Source: an uncultured Coprobacillus sp.
GTDB lineage: Bacteria > Bacillota_I > Bacilli_A > Erysipelotrichales > Coprobacillaceae
Assembly (NCBI GenBank): GCA_964637725.1
Contig: CAZWXH010000001.1
Coordinates: forward strand, 1-52,932
Length of the DNA: 52,932 nucleotides
Reading direction: 5' to 3'
The notes under the pieces are model-generated. The model saw only the letters and a program-made list of their open reading frames with translations. It was not told the DNA's origin and ran no database searches. The position numbers were made by a program, and so were the translations under genes. Positions 34,546 to 43,679 of this stretch are shown here, piece after piece. Position 1 is the stretch's first letter; the number at the start of each line of letters is the position of its first letter.

Positions 34546-35565
34546 ATGTTAAATATTGGTTATATTGGAAATGGAAAAAGCGCAAATCGTTATCATATTC
34601 CTTTTGTCTTACAAAGACCAGATAAAATGAAAGTGAAAATGATTTACACCCGTGATCATTCTAAAGATGTATGGGAAGATATACCAGGTGTCATCTATAC
34701 TGAAAATATTGATGAACTGTTAAATGATAAAGATATTCATGTGATTGTTTTATCGACCCCTTCTACTACTCATTATGAGCTTGCTAAAATGGTGTTAAAT
34801 GCTAATAAAAACTGTGTCGTGGAAAAACCATTCACAAACACTCTTGCTGAAGCTCAAGAGTTATTTGAACTTGCTAAGTCAAAAAACTTAATGATTCAAT
34901 GTTATCAAAATAGAAGATTTGATAGTGACTTTTTAACAGTTCAAAAAGTTATTGAATCTCATATCTTAGGAGACTTATTAGAATTAGAAATGCATTTTGA
35001 CTACTATCGTCCAGAAACTCCTGAATCTGTTCATGAGTTCAACCCTATTAATTCTTATTTATATGGACATGGTTGTCATACATTAGATCAAGTCATTAGT
35101 TATTTTGGTGAACCTGATGCAGTTAACTATGATGTGAGACAACTACTTGGGACAGGTCGTATGAATGATTATTTTGATTTAGATTTATATTATGGGACTT
35201 TAAAAGTTTCAGTTAAATCAAGTTACTATCGAATTAAAGAAAGACCTAGTTTTATTATCTATGGTAAAAAAGGAATGTTTGTTAAGGAAAAGAAAGACAA
35301 ACAAGAAGAACATCTTAAATTATTCCATATGCCAGATAATGATGATTTTGGTGTAGACTTACCTCATGAATATGGTACTGCCACTTATTACGATGAACAA
35401 AATATCTACCATGAAGAAAAAGTCATTTCTGCCGTTGGTGATTATGGTCGTTACTATGATGCATTATATGAAACAATAATCAACAAAAAAGAAAAGTTAG
35501 TTACTGATGAACAAACTCTTCTACAAATTAAAATATTAGAAAAAGGCGTAAAAAATATGAAGTAA
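34546..35565 (+). CDS. Gfo/Idh/MocA family oxidoreductase
   Basis: N-terminal Rossmann motif IGYIGNGKSANRYH and the EKP motif (VVEKPF). Confidence 0.8.
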   Translation: MLNIGYIGNGKSANRYHIPFVLQRPDKMKVKMIYTRDHSKDVWEDIPGVIYTENIDELLNDKDIHVIVLSTPSTTHYELAKMVLNANKNCVVEKPFTNTLAEAQELFELAKSKNLMIQCYQNRRFDSDFLTVQKVIESHILGDLLELEMHFDYYRPETPESVHEFNPINSYLYGHGCHTLDQVISYFGEPDAVNYDVRQLLGTGRMNDYFDLDLYYGTLKVSVKSSYYRIKERPSFIIYGKKGMFVKEKKDKQEEHLKLFHMPDNDDFGVDLPHEYGTATYYDEQNIYHEEKVISAVGDYGRYYDALYETIINKKEKLVTDEQTLLQIKILEKGVKNMK

Positions 35566-35580
35566 GTGCATTTGCACTTA
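35563..35580. terminator. Short palindromic hairpin overlapping both convergent stop codons
   Basis: TAAGTGCA-tt-TGCACTTA. The effective stem is shorter once a viable loop is allowed. Confidence 0.35.
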
Positions 35581-35835
35581 CTTCTTTTCAAATTTAGAAT
35601 TGATATAAAACATTGTTTTATCATAATCTTGATAGCTAGCAACTAACCATTTTGTTGCTAAATACTCATTGACAATATTTAAAATATCATCAATATCATA
35701 TGCTTCACCATGACATCTAAGTTGTAACCCACAACATGAGCAACCTCCAACAGCATGTAAAGAATAATCAATATTTTTGTTTTTTAATATTTGATTCATT
35801 TCTGTAATCATTAGAAAATCTACTGTTGCTTTCAT
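35578..35835 (-). CDS. Hypothetical small Cys-rich protein (85 aa)
   Basis: ORF with GGGTGA RBS before the ATG at 35835. GGCSCCG motif. No family recognised. Confidence 0.45.
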   Translation of the reverse strand: MKATVDFLMITEMNQILKNKNIDYSLHAVGGCSCCGLQLRCHGEAYDIDDILNIVNEYLATKWLVASYQDYDKTMFYINSKFEKK

Positions 35836-35865
35836 CTCTATCACCCAATTACATTATATCATATT

Positions 35866-36138
35866 TTAAGAATTTAGCTTCATTAATGATAATCCTAACA
35901 TTAAACCTCTTTTAAATTGAACAAAAGCATATTCAAAATAAAAACTATTAAAGCTCTTTTCCAATTGTTCAAATTGTTCTAATGTTAATGTCACATTACC
36001 ATCATGAAAGTGATTGGTTATATCTTCCATTAAATCAAAATATGAGTCATCAACATTATAAAGCATCTCAATCTCTTCATCAGCTAAAATAATATCTGAA
36101 GTATAAATATCACGAATCGCGCTTTCCTGATTTAACAT
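35866..36138 (-). CDS. Hypothetical small acidic protein (~90 aa)
   Basis: ORF with AGGAGGG RBS. Start placed at 36138 for spacing. No family recognised. Confidence 0.45.
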   Translation of the reverse strand: MLNQESAIRDIYTSDIILADEEIEMLYNVDDSYFDLMEDITNHFHDGNVTLTLEQFEQLEKSFNSFYFEYAFVQFKRGLMLGLSLMKLNS

Positions 36139-36203
36139 ATACATCCCTCCTTGCATTCATTATAACAAATTTATGAAAAGTTTGCTATAAGAAAATATAT
36201 GAA

Positions 36204-36647
36204 TCATGATGAAATCACACAACTCATATATACAATTGAAGGATATTCAATAAAACCATTCTTCTTATAAAATTTATCACTTAGATATCCTCTTGTTGTA
36301 TTTAAAGAAATTCTTTTAACATCACAAGAAATCATCACTTGTTTCACCTGATTTAAAAACTGACTTCCTAGCCCTTGTCCTTGATATAAAGAAGAAATAC
36401 AAAAATCATCAACCCATAATTCTTTATAATCCAAGAAAGTCATAACTCTTCCAAACATCATTCCTACTAATTTATCATTATCAAAACATACATATCCAAA
36501 TGCATATTGTGAGGACATTATTTCTTTAATTCTTGATTCAACTTGTTCATCAGTCCATAATTCATTCCATGGTTCTTGTAAAAAGCATTCTTTAAATAAA
36601 TGTATACATATTAATAAATCTTCTTGATCATATTTTCTATATTTCAT
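36204..36647 (-). CDS. GNAT family N-acetyltransferase
   Basis: YQGQGLGSQFL acetyl-CoA motif. Size is 147 aa. Confidence 0.75.
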   Translation of the reverse strand: MKYRKYDQEDLLICIHLFKECFLQEPWNELWTDEQVESRIKEIMSSQYAFGYVCFDNDKLVGMMFGRVMTFLDYKELWVDDFCISSLYQGQGLGSQFLNQVKQVMISCDVKRISLNTTRGYLSDKFYKKNGFIEYPSIVYMSCVISS

Positions 36648-36750
36648 AGTTATCCCTCTTTCTACTTTTAAGTTTATTTTATCATAAATAAACTTATATC
36701 AACATATCTTTATTATTTTCATTTTCTGAAAGGTATTTATATTCAAAGTA

Positions 36751-36759
36751 TGTTATAAT
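36751..36759 (+). promoter_or_regulatory. Extended -10 promoter (TGtTATAAT) for the membrane GGDEF gene
   Basis: TGTTATAAT lies about 25 nt upstream of the ATG at 36784. Confidence 0.4.
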
Positions 36760-36783
36760 TTGTAAAATAACGGGGGTATCAAC

Positions 36784-37872
36784 ATGGGAAAACAATGGAA
36801 TACAATTATTTACTCAAATATATTACCGATAATACTTTTGAGCGTTTTTTTAATTATTATCATATACAATTCAGTGTTTAATAAAAACAAAACAAAACTT
36901 TTTATATTATCTACTCTTATTATCATAATGATGTTAATTGTTAAGAGTGCTGATTATTTACTAAGTTATCAAGAAGGAGAAATATACGCATCATTAAGAA
37001 ATGTCACAACATTTATTAATTTCTCTTCTGCTCCACTTGTTCCTTTATTCCTTTATAAAATATCAAGTCAAAAGACAAATACATTTAAATTATATATTCC
37101 ACTTATATCAAATATTATTGTTTGTTTATTAAGTATTCCTTTTGGTTATATCTTTAGTATAAATTCAATGAATGTTTATGAACGTGGTCCACTATTCTTT
37201 TTTCCATTTGTGATAACAATCTTTTATTTATTCATAGTCATTATCCAAAATAAAGATCAATTATTAAAAAGTAAAAATTCAGAGAGAATATTTCTTTTGT
37301 TTACAATTATTCTTATTTCTGTATTTATGTTAATTGAAGTCGTATTTGGTTTTTATTTTGTTTCTTGGACTTCAGCAGCAATTGTCTTTCCTTTATATTA
37401 CTTATTACTCAATGTTAATCATTCAATTATTGATCCCCTTACTAATGCCTATAATCGTCTTATGTATACAATGGATTTAGAAAAAATGAATAAGAATCAC
37501 AATTACTTAATTGCGCTTTTAGATCTCAATTACTTTAAAAATGTTAATGATCAATATGGTCATGATGCTGGTGATCAAGCTCTCATTTATTTCACAAAGA
37601 CCGTGAGTCATTATATTCCTAAATCTGTCTCACTATATCGTATTGGTGGTGATGAGTTTGTCTTGTTATCTAAAAAGGATATTGATATAGAAAAGATATC
37701 ACAGTGTTTAAATGAGGCCCGTAAAGATACACAAAAACATTTGGCTGACTTTTCTTATGGTATCGATATCTTCGATCATTCAACTTCACTTAATGATTTT
37801 CTTAATCACATCGATCAACTCATGTATGAAAACAAAAAAATAGATAAACAAAGAAAACAACAACTTATTTGA
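36784..37872 (+). CDS. Membrane-anchored diguanylate cyclase (multi-TM N-terminus + GGDEF)
   Basis: About 6 TM segments, then DPLTNAYNR..NDQYGHDAGD..RIGGDEF (intact GGDEF). No RxxD I-site upstream. Confidence 0.85.
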   Translation: MGKQWNTIIYSNILPIILLSVFLIIIIYNSVFNKNKTKLFILSTLIIIMMLIVKSADYLLSYQEGEIYASLRNVTTFINFSSAPLVPLFLYKISSQKTNTFKLYIPLISNIIVCLLSIPFGYIFSINSMNVYERGPLFFFPFVITIFYLFIVIIQNKDQLLKSKNSERIFLLFTIILISVFMLIEVVFGFYFVSWTSAAIVFPLYYLLLNVNHSIIDPLTNAYNRLMYTMDLEKMNKNHNYLIALLDLNYFKNVNDQYGHDAGDQALIYFTKTVSHYIPKSVSLYRIGGDEFVLLSKKDIDIEKISQCLNEARKDTQKHLADFSYGIDIFDHSTSLNDFLNHIDQLMYENKKIDKQRKQQLI

Positions 37873-37880
37873 GTTGTTGT
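37857..37880. terminator. Hairpin terminator overlapping the convergent stops of the GGDEF and DUF89 genes
   Basis: ACAACAACT-tatttg-AGTTGTTGT followed by CTTTTT. Confidence 0.6.
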
Positions 37881-38731
37881 CTTTTTAATACCATAGATTT
37901 CTCTGGTGCTCCAATATATTGAGCAATTACATCACATTTTATCATCAACATAAAATATATGTTTTTATGTTCATCACTAAGACTTTCATAATTCGCTTGC
38001 CCTTTTGAAATCACAAAATCAGCCTTATGATAAATCGCCTTAAAATCATCATGAGTGCGATGTATTATTGTTCCAAGTGAATCATCACCATTACTAATAA
38101 TGTTTGCATAATCGTCCATATGAACCTTATAAGCATCTGCTTCAATAGAGTCATTAACAATTGGATAACCTCTAACACCAAAGTAAATATCAAGATTAGG
38201 ATTCAATTCTTTTATTTTCATAATCAAAATCTTATCTAAACAAATTTCACCACAATTATCACCAATATATAATAATGTTTGAGATGATAAAATATCATTT
38301 TTTAAATCTTCTATATCATTAAAATATAATTTGTTTTTATCAATTTCTTTAAAGTGATTCATAATATCATCTTCATTATGATTATGAATAGGATTAAAAT
38401 CAATAATATTACCCATAACCGAAAAAAGAACAGCCTTATAAAACGGATCATCACTTTGATTAATCTTCATTAAAAAATCATCACTCATCTTTAAAAATAA
38501 TTCATTGTAATCATTTCTGATCTTTAAATAAGGATCATCATTATGAATATGTTGCTTTAACATCTTAAATGTAGAACCAATAATTTCAGGATTCGTCTTA
38601 GAAAAATCTTCTTGACTTAAATATTCAAAAACTCTTTTATAAAGTTCTTCTCTATTATGAGCATTCGTCATACAAGCAACCTTGATGACTTGATTAATTA
38701 AACAAGGTAAACATTTTTCATTCATTTTCAT
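37865..38731 (-). CDS. DUF89 family protein (damage-control phosphatase ARMT1-like)
   Basis: N-terminal CLPCLINQ motif and C-terminal KGQANYESL-type motif are typical of DUF89. Start moved to 38731 (AGGAGA RBS overlapping the def stop). Confidence 0.7.
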   Translation of the reverse strand: MKMNEKCLPCLINQVIKVACMTNAHNREELYKRVFEYLSQEDFSKTNPEIIGSTFKMLKQHIHNDDPYLKIRNDYNELFLKMSDDFLMKINQSDDPFYKAVLFSVMGNIIDFNPIHNHNEDDIMNHFKEIDKNKLYFNDIEDLKNDILSSQTLLYIGDNCGEICLDKILIMKIKELNPNLDIYFGVRGYPIVNDSIEADAYKVHMDDYANIISNGDDSLGTIIHRTHDDFKAIYHKADFVISKGQANYESLSDEHKNIYFMLMIKCDVIAQYIGAPEKSMVLKRQQLK

Positions 38732-38742
38732 ATTAAATTCTC

Positions 38743-39153
38743 CTATATTAAGATACCATGACAATGATCAATTTCATGTTGAATTATTTGTGCTTCAAGA
38801 CCAGTATATGTTTTGATTTTCTTTTTGAAGTGATTATCAAAATATTCTACTTTTATTTTTTTATATCTTTTTGTTTCTTTCTCACCATTATGAGATAAAC
38901 AACGCTCTTTACAAATATACAATCCCTCTTGTTTAATAATAAGAGGATTAAACATCACCATATAATCATCATTATCAATAAAAGCAATAATTGATTTTAA
39001 TTCCCCGATCATATTTGCGGCTAAACCAACACAATGATCTTGATGATGTTTTAAAGTATCTAATAAATCATTAGCAATCTCAATATCTTGAATCGTAGCT
39101 TCTTGTGATACTTGTTTTAATATAAAATTATCTTTAATAATGTCTTTAATCAT
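38743..39153 (-). CDS. Peptide deformylase-like protein (short, divergent paralog)
   Basis: HExxH motif QHEIDHCHG is present. Motif 1 reads VGLAANM (Gln replaced). Motif 2 reads ERCLS instead of EGCLS. Confidence 0.7.
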   Translation of the reverse strand: MIKDIIKDNFILKQVSQEATIQDIEIANDLLDTLKHHQDHCVGLAANMIGELKSIIAFIDNDDYMVMFNPLIIKQEGLYICKERCLSHNGEKETKRYKKIKVEYFDNHFKKKIKTYTGLEAQIIQHEIDHCHGILI

Positions 39154-39321
39154 TTTATCAACCTCTTCTCTTATTTATATAATACTTTTTCTAATCAAAA
39201 GTGTCAATTTCATAACAATGATTTAAAAATATTGAGTCTATGCACTGACACGATTGCTTTCATAAAATAATTAGTTTAAAATATAATTAGATATAGAATA
39301 TTTGAGAAAGGAGAAGTCAAA

Positions 39322-41046
39322 ATGGATCAGTTAGGACTTAGTCAAAATGACTCTTTAGAAGAACAATTAAAACAATGTAAAGAAATAGTGACAATGTTTT
39401 CTAATACCAGCATTGGTGGTGTCGCAAAAATGTCTATTAAAGATATGAGTATTATAACGGCAACTGATGGATATTATCAATTAACTGGTTATTCAAGAGC
39501 AGAAAGCTTACTTCCTCCTTTTTCTAATTGTGGTATGAATTTAGTTATCAAGGAAGACTTAGAAGAACTTCAAGATAAGGTCAATTATCTGATAACTGAA
39601 AACAAACCTATTAAAGTTGATTATCGCATTAGAAAGAAAGATGGTTCTATTGCATGGAACTCAGGATTATGTTCAAGTGTTCAAAGTAATGAAGATGGTC
39701 AATATATTGAAGTCTTCTTCCTAGATACTACGCAAGATAAAAATAATGAAATACAACTGATTAGTCTTATTGATAACCTAACAAGCGGACTTATCAGAAT
39801 GAAGTTTAATTCCAAAATTGAAATTCTTTATGCGAATAATGAATTTTATAGACAAATTGGATATACGTATGATGAATTCAATTCCATAACTCTTAATAAT
39901 GATTTTTCTTTAATTGTTTATGAAGAAGACCTTGCTTATATAAAAACAGAAATCAATGAATTTATCGCATCACATAAAAATAGAAAAACGATGAGTTATC
40001 GAATTGTTACAAAGAATAATCAAATCAAATGGATTAAAATGCAGATTTCTAGACTCTATGAAGAAATAGAAAATGAATTAATCTTTCAATGTATTCTTAC
40101 AGATATTACTAAGGATAAAGAAAAAGAGAAACAGATTCTTTTAAACGAAGAAAAGTTTCGGATTATTTCTGAACAAACCCGTGATATCATCTTTGATTGG
40201 AATATTCATACTGATGAAATCACTTATTCGCCTGTTTATCAAAAGGTTTTTGGATCTCCTCCACCTAAGTCAATGACTTCTTTAAAACTACTTAAAAGTG
40301 ATATTATTCATAATGATGATAAAGAGATTTTAAAAACAATGATTCAAGATATTAAGTATAATGTTCCCTACTCTGATTGTAGAATCAGATTACGAAAAGG
40401 TGATGGTACATTCTTTTGGGCACTTCATAGAGCAACTGCCATTAGAGAAGATGAAAATAGTCCTGAAGCTGATTATGTTATTGGTATTGTTAGTGATGTT
40501 AATGATTTAATGGAAGATACTATTAATCTTAAGATAAAAGCAGAACATGATGATTTAACAGGTTTATTAAATAGAGCTACTGGACAAACCATTATTGAAA
40601 ATATTTTAACTTATTCTAAATCAAATACATCACATGTTTTTATTCAATTTGATATTGATAAATTTAAGCAGATCAATGATTTTATGGGCCATGCCGCAGG
40701 TGATCTTGCTTTAAAATTAATTTCTTCACAAATTAAAGAAATCTTTAAAAAAACAGATGTTCTCATTCGTATGGGTGGCGATGAGTTTGCGGTATTTATC
40801 AAGGATATTCATAATATTAATACTATCCACAAAAGAATCGAAACTCTACGTGATACAATTTTCAGTGATTTTCAATTCGAAGAAAAAATCTATCCACTAT
40901 CAATAAGTATAGGAGCAGCATTTTGGCCTCAAGATGGTAGCACATTTGACGAACTCTATAAAAATGCCGATATAGCGATGTATCAAGCAAAACGAAATGG
41001 TGGAAATAAGTATGTAATATTTAATGATGAATTAAAGAAAACCTAA
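39322..41046 (+). CDS. Cytoplasmic PAS-PAS-PAS-GGDEF diguanylate cyclase
   Basis: Three PAS/PAC-like segments, then DDLTGLLNR..NDFMGHAAGD..RMGGDEF (intact). Confidence 0.85.
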   Translation: MDQLGLSQNDSLEEQLKQCKEIVTMFSNTSIGGVAKMSIKDMSIITATDGYYQLTGYSRAESLLPPFSNCGMNLVIKEDLEELQDKVNYLITENKPIKVDYRIRKKDGSIAWNSGLCSSVQSNEDGQYIEVFFLDTTQDKNNEIQLISLIDNLTSGLIRMKFNSKIEILYANNEFYRQIGYTYDEFNSITLNNDFSLIVYEEDLAYIKTEINEFIASHKNRKTMSYRIVTKNNQIKWIKMQISRLYEEIENELIFQCILTDITKDKEKEKQILLNEEKFRIISEQTRDIIFDWNIHTDEITYSPVYQKVFGSPPPKSMTSLKLLKSDIIHNDDKEILKTMIQDIKYNVPYSDCRIRLRKGDGTFFWALHRATAIREDENSPEADYVIGIVSDVNDLMEDTINLKIKAEHDDLTGLLNRATGQTIIENILTYSKSNTSHVFIQFDIDKFKQINDFMGHAAGDLALKLISSQIKEIFKKTDVLIRMGGDEFAVFIKDIHNINTIHKRIETLRDTIFSDFQFEEKIYPLSISIGAAFWPQDGSTFDELYKNADIAMYQAKRNGGNKYVIFNDELKKT

Positions 41047-41069
41047 GTAGATACAAGTATCTACTTAGG
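41042..41069. terminator. Bidirectional terminator (12-bp stem) between the GGDEF gene and arsC
   Basis: CCTAAGTAGATA-caag-TATCTACTTAGG followed by TTATTT. Confidence 0.7.
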
Positions 41070-41073
41070 TTAT

Positions 41074-41490
41074 TTACTTAAATTCACCTTTTTTTATGCG
41101 CTGAGATAAATCAATAATATTGTTATAAATATTATCAATAACTTTAATATATTCTTCATCAGACTTATGACTGGGATCATCTAGTCCCCAATCTTCACGA
41201 TGTTGACATGGTAGAAATGGACAATCGACATTACATCCCATTGTAATCACAATATCAACTTCTGGTATATCCTTAATTAATTTTGAATATTGCGTTTTTT
41301 CCATATCAATATTATAGATTGATTTCATGAGTCTTACTGCATCTTGATTGATTTGATCTTTTGTTTCTGTACCAGCTGAGTAGCTTTCAAAAACATCTAA
41401 AGCTAAATGTTTACCCAACGCTTCAGCTATTTGACTACGACATGAATTATGTACGCAAACAAAGGCTACTTTTAATTTATTAACGTCCAT
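41074..41490 (-). CDS. arsC: Arsenate reductase (thioredoxin-coupled, LMW-PTPase fold)
   Basis: VAFVCVHNSCRSQIAEA P-loop (CX5R) plus downstream Cys pair (GCNVDCP). Start moved to 41490 (AAGGA RBS); the track's N-terminal extension overlaps rlmCD and looks non-coding. Confidence 0.8.
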   Translation of the reverse strand: MDVNKLKVAFVCVHNSCRSQIAEALGKHLALDVFESYSAGTETKDQINQDAVRLMKSIYNIDMEKTQYSKLIKDIPEVDIVITMGCNVDCPFLPCQHREDWGLDDPSHKSDEEYIKVIDNIYNNIIDLSQRIKKGEFK

Positions 41491-41512
41491 TATTATTTCC
41501 TTTCTAATAACA

Positions 41513-42865
41513 CTATTTAACTGCTGATAATCGAACAATGCTTTCGATATGATGACTTTGTGGGAACATATCCACAGGTTGACATATATCTGCACTATAA
41601 CCATTATCTTGAAGATAAGCAATATCCCTAGCTTGTGTTGCGACATCACAAGAGATGTAAACAATTCTATCTGGTCTAAGGGTTATAAGTTGACTAAGAA
41701 AAAGTTGTGAACAGCCTTTTCTTGGTGGATCAATCATAACAACATCGATATGCTTATTTTCCTTAGCAAAATCGACCATAAATTCACCAGCATCTTGACA
41801 AGAAAAATCAACATTATTGATATGATTTCTAATGGCATTATCTTTAGCATCTTTAATCGCTTGTTCAACTATTTCAACACCATATACATGTTCTACATAT
41901 TTAGCTAAAGATAAAGAAATTGTCCCTATTCCACAATAGGCATCAATTACTATATCAGTAGGTTTAAAATCAGCATATTCAATAGCTTTAGAATAAAGGT
42001 GTTGAACTTGAATTGGATTCACTTGATAAAATGATTTCAATGAAATACGATAAGTATTTTCAAGCAAAATATCTTCGATATAACCATTGCCATATAATAC
42101 TTTTTCTTCATCACCTAAAATAACATTATCATGTCTTTTGTTAATATTATGAATAACAGTTGTTAAATTAGGAAACTCTCTCGTTAATATTTCTATCATA
42201 TAATCAAAACCATTGATTTTATTATGATAGCTAATAATTGCTAACATATATTGATTTGTTGCATTTGCAGACTTAACTAGTATATGTCTAATATTTCCTT
42301 TATGAGCGACCTTATCATAAGCTACTTCATGATTTTCTTCTAATAGAGCTCTTACTCGATTGACAAGTCTATTTGATTCATCATCTTGGATAAAGCAAGT
42401 CTTCATAGGAATGATTTCATTTGTATGTTGTTTATAAAAACCGGTCACTAAATGTTTTTGATTATTTCCTACTGGCACTTGAACTTTATTTCTATAAAAC
42501 CAAGGATTATCCATCATTAAGCATGGTAAGACTTCCACTTGACAATGACCTATTCTTTCCATTGTATCCTTAACTCTTTTTGTCTTTAGATTTTGTTGAC
42601 CTAGCATTGATAAATGTTGCAGATGACATCCTCCACATTGTTTAAACAAAGGGCAACGGACATCTTCTCTATATTCACTTGAATGACTGAGTTCCACTAA
42701 TCTACCAACAGCATAGTTTTTTAAAACTTTGACAATCTTTATCTTTCCAATTTCATCAACTAACATATTCTTAACAAATATAGGAAAAAGATCAACCTTT
42801 ACAATCCCTTGTCCATCATGGGTATAATCAATACACTTTCCTTCTACATAATCATTCTTTTTCAT
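41513..42865 (-). CDS. rlmCD: 23S rRNA (uracil-5-)-methyltransferase RlmCD/RumA with N-terminal TRAM domain (intact paralog)
   Basis: TRAM-like N-terminus. Fe-S cysteines CPLFKQCGGC. IDAYCGIGTI, DPPRKG, SCDV..DMFPQSHHIE. The ATG at 42865 follows a GGAGGA RBS. Confidence 0.85.
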   Translation of the reverse strand: MKKNDYVEGKCIDYTHDGQGIVKVDLFPIFVKNMLVDEIGKIKIVKVLKNYAVGRLVELSHSSEYREDVRCPLFKQCGGCHLQHLSMLGQQNLKTKRVKDTMERIGHCQVEVLPCLMMDNPWFYRNKVQVPVGNNQKHLVTGFYKQHTNEIIPMKTCFIQDDESNRLVNRVRALLEENHEVAYDKVAHKGNIRHILVKSANATNQYMLAIISYHNKINGFDYMIEILTREFPNLTTVIHNINKRHDNVILGDEEKVLYGNGYIEDILLENTYRISLKSFYQVNPIQVQHLYSKAIEYADFKPTDIVIDAYCGIGTISLSLAKYVEHVYGVEIVEQAIKDAKDNAIRNHINNVDFSCQDAGEFMVDFAKENKHIDVVMIDPPRKGCSQLFLSQLITLRPDRIVYISCDVATQARDIAYLQDNGYSADICQPVDMFPQSHHIESIVRLSAVK

Positions 42866-42875
42866 GTTTTCCTCC

Positions 42876-42899
42876 AAAAAAAACGAGCCCTGCTCGTTT
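42876..42899 (-). terminator. Intrinsic terminator whose U-tract abuts the rlmCD Shine-Dalgarno
   Basis: Minus-strand AAACGAGC-agg-GCUCGUUU plus UUUUU, then GGAGGAAAACAUG. Confidence 0.6.
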
Positions 42900-43624
42900 T
42901 ATTTTATCGTTGCCTCAGCAGCGTTTTTACTTTCTTCGTGTTTAACTGATGCAAGAGTATACGCAAATGCATCATTTTGTGTATGTTTTGTTCCATAGAT
43001 TGGGAAATCTCCACTATCAGTCGATGTTAAATATAGATTCACTTCAAATTGAGCTACATTATTAATCTTACTAAATAATGTACTATATTTCTTACCTTCT
43101 TCTTTTGTTTTTCCCACTAAACCATCTAATGTTAAAACTGCCTCTTCAGCAATTTCTTGAGCTTTTTTAGTATCCATACCTGCTTTAAAATCAATATCAA
43201 CTTTTAATTGACGACATTGAATTTCAAAATCAATCTTATTGATTTCAGTATACTTTTGTTTTGTAGTATCAGCAGCAGAAGTCATTAAGTCTTTATTAAT
43301 CTCAACAACGCCTTCACATCTATTTCCAAACACAGGTCCATCATTATCCGATAAAGCAAAGATATAAACCATAAATGCTATAAATAAAACAGATAATCCA
43401 ATAAGGACATAATGCCACCATTTCCATACAAATTTCTTTTTCTTTTTTGCCATAGAATAGTTATCCTCTCCTACAAAGTCTTCTGTTTCTTCATCCATAA
43501 TAAAATCATCTTCAACTTCGACTTGATTTTCTTTGATACTTTCTAATTTATCAATCAAAGAAAGATCTTCAACACTCTCTTGTTTGTTATCTTCATCATC
43601 TTCAAATGTAAATTTTTTTGCCAT
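42899..43624 (-). CDS. Hypothetical bitopic membrane protein (acidic N-terminus, one TM, extracellular domain)
   Basis: ORF with AGGTGA RBS. TM segment WWHYVLIGLSVLFIAFMVYIFAL. No family recognised. Confidence 0.5.
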   Translation of the reverse strand: MAKKFTFEDDEDNKQESVEDLSLIDKLESIKENQVEVEDDFIMDEETEDFVGEDNYSMAKKKKKFVWKWWHYVLIGLSVLFIAFMVYIFALSDNDGPVFGNRCEGVVEINKDLMTSAADTTKQKYTEINKIDFEIQCRQLKVDIDFKAGMDTKKAQEIAEEAVLTLDGLVGKTKEEGKKYSTLFSKINNVAQFEVNLYLTSTDSGDFPIYGTKHTQNDAFAYTLASVKHEESKNAAEATIK

Positions 43625-43679
43625 ATTTATCACCTAACTTTTCTATATTGTAACAAAAACCTTACCAAATGTATAGCAA

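Noticed and set aside
20175-35642. Other short nested ORFs (20175-20405, 31940-32188, 33986-34177, 35454-35642)
   Set aside because: Each lies inside or antisense to a motif-supported CDS (pilB, the EAL protein, the HisJ-family protein, the Gfo/Idh/MocA protein). None has an independent RBS or a recognisable motif.
41491-41664. 58-residue N-terminal extension of the arsC ORF overlapping the rlmCD 3' end
   Set aside because: The LMW-PTPase fold begins at the internal Met, which has an RBS. The extension is hydrophobic nonsense overlapping a conserved CDS.
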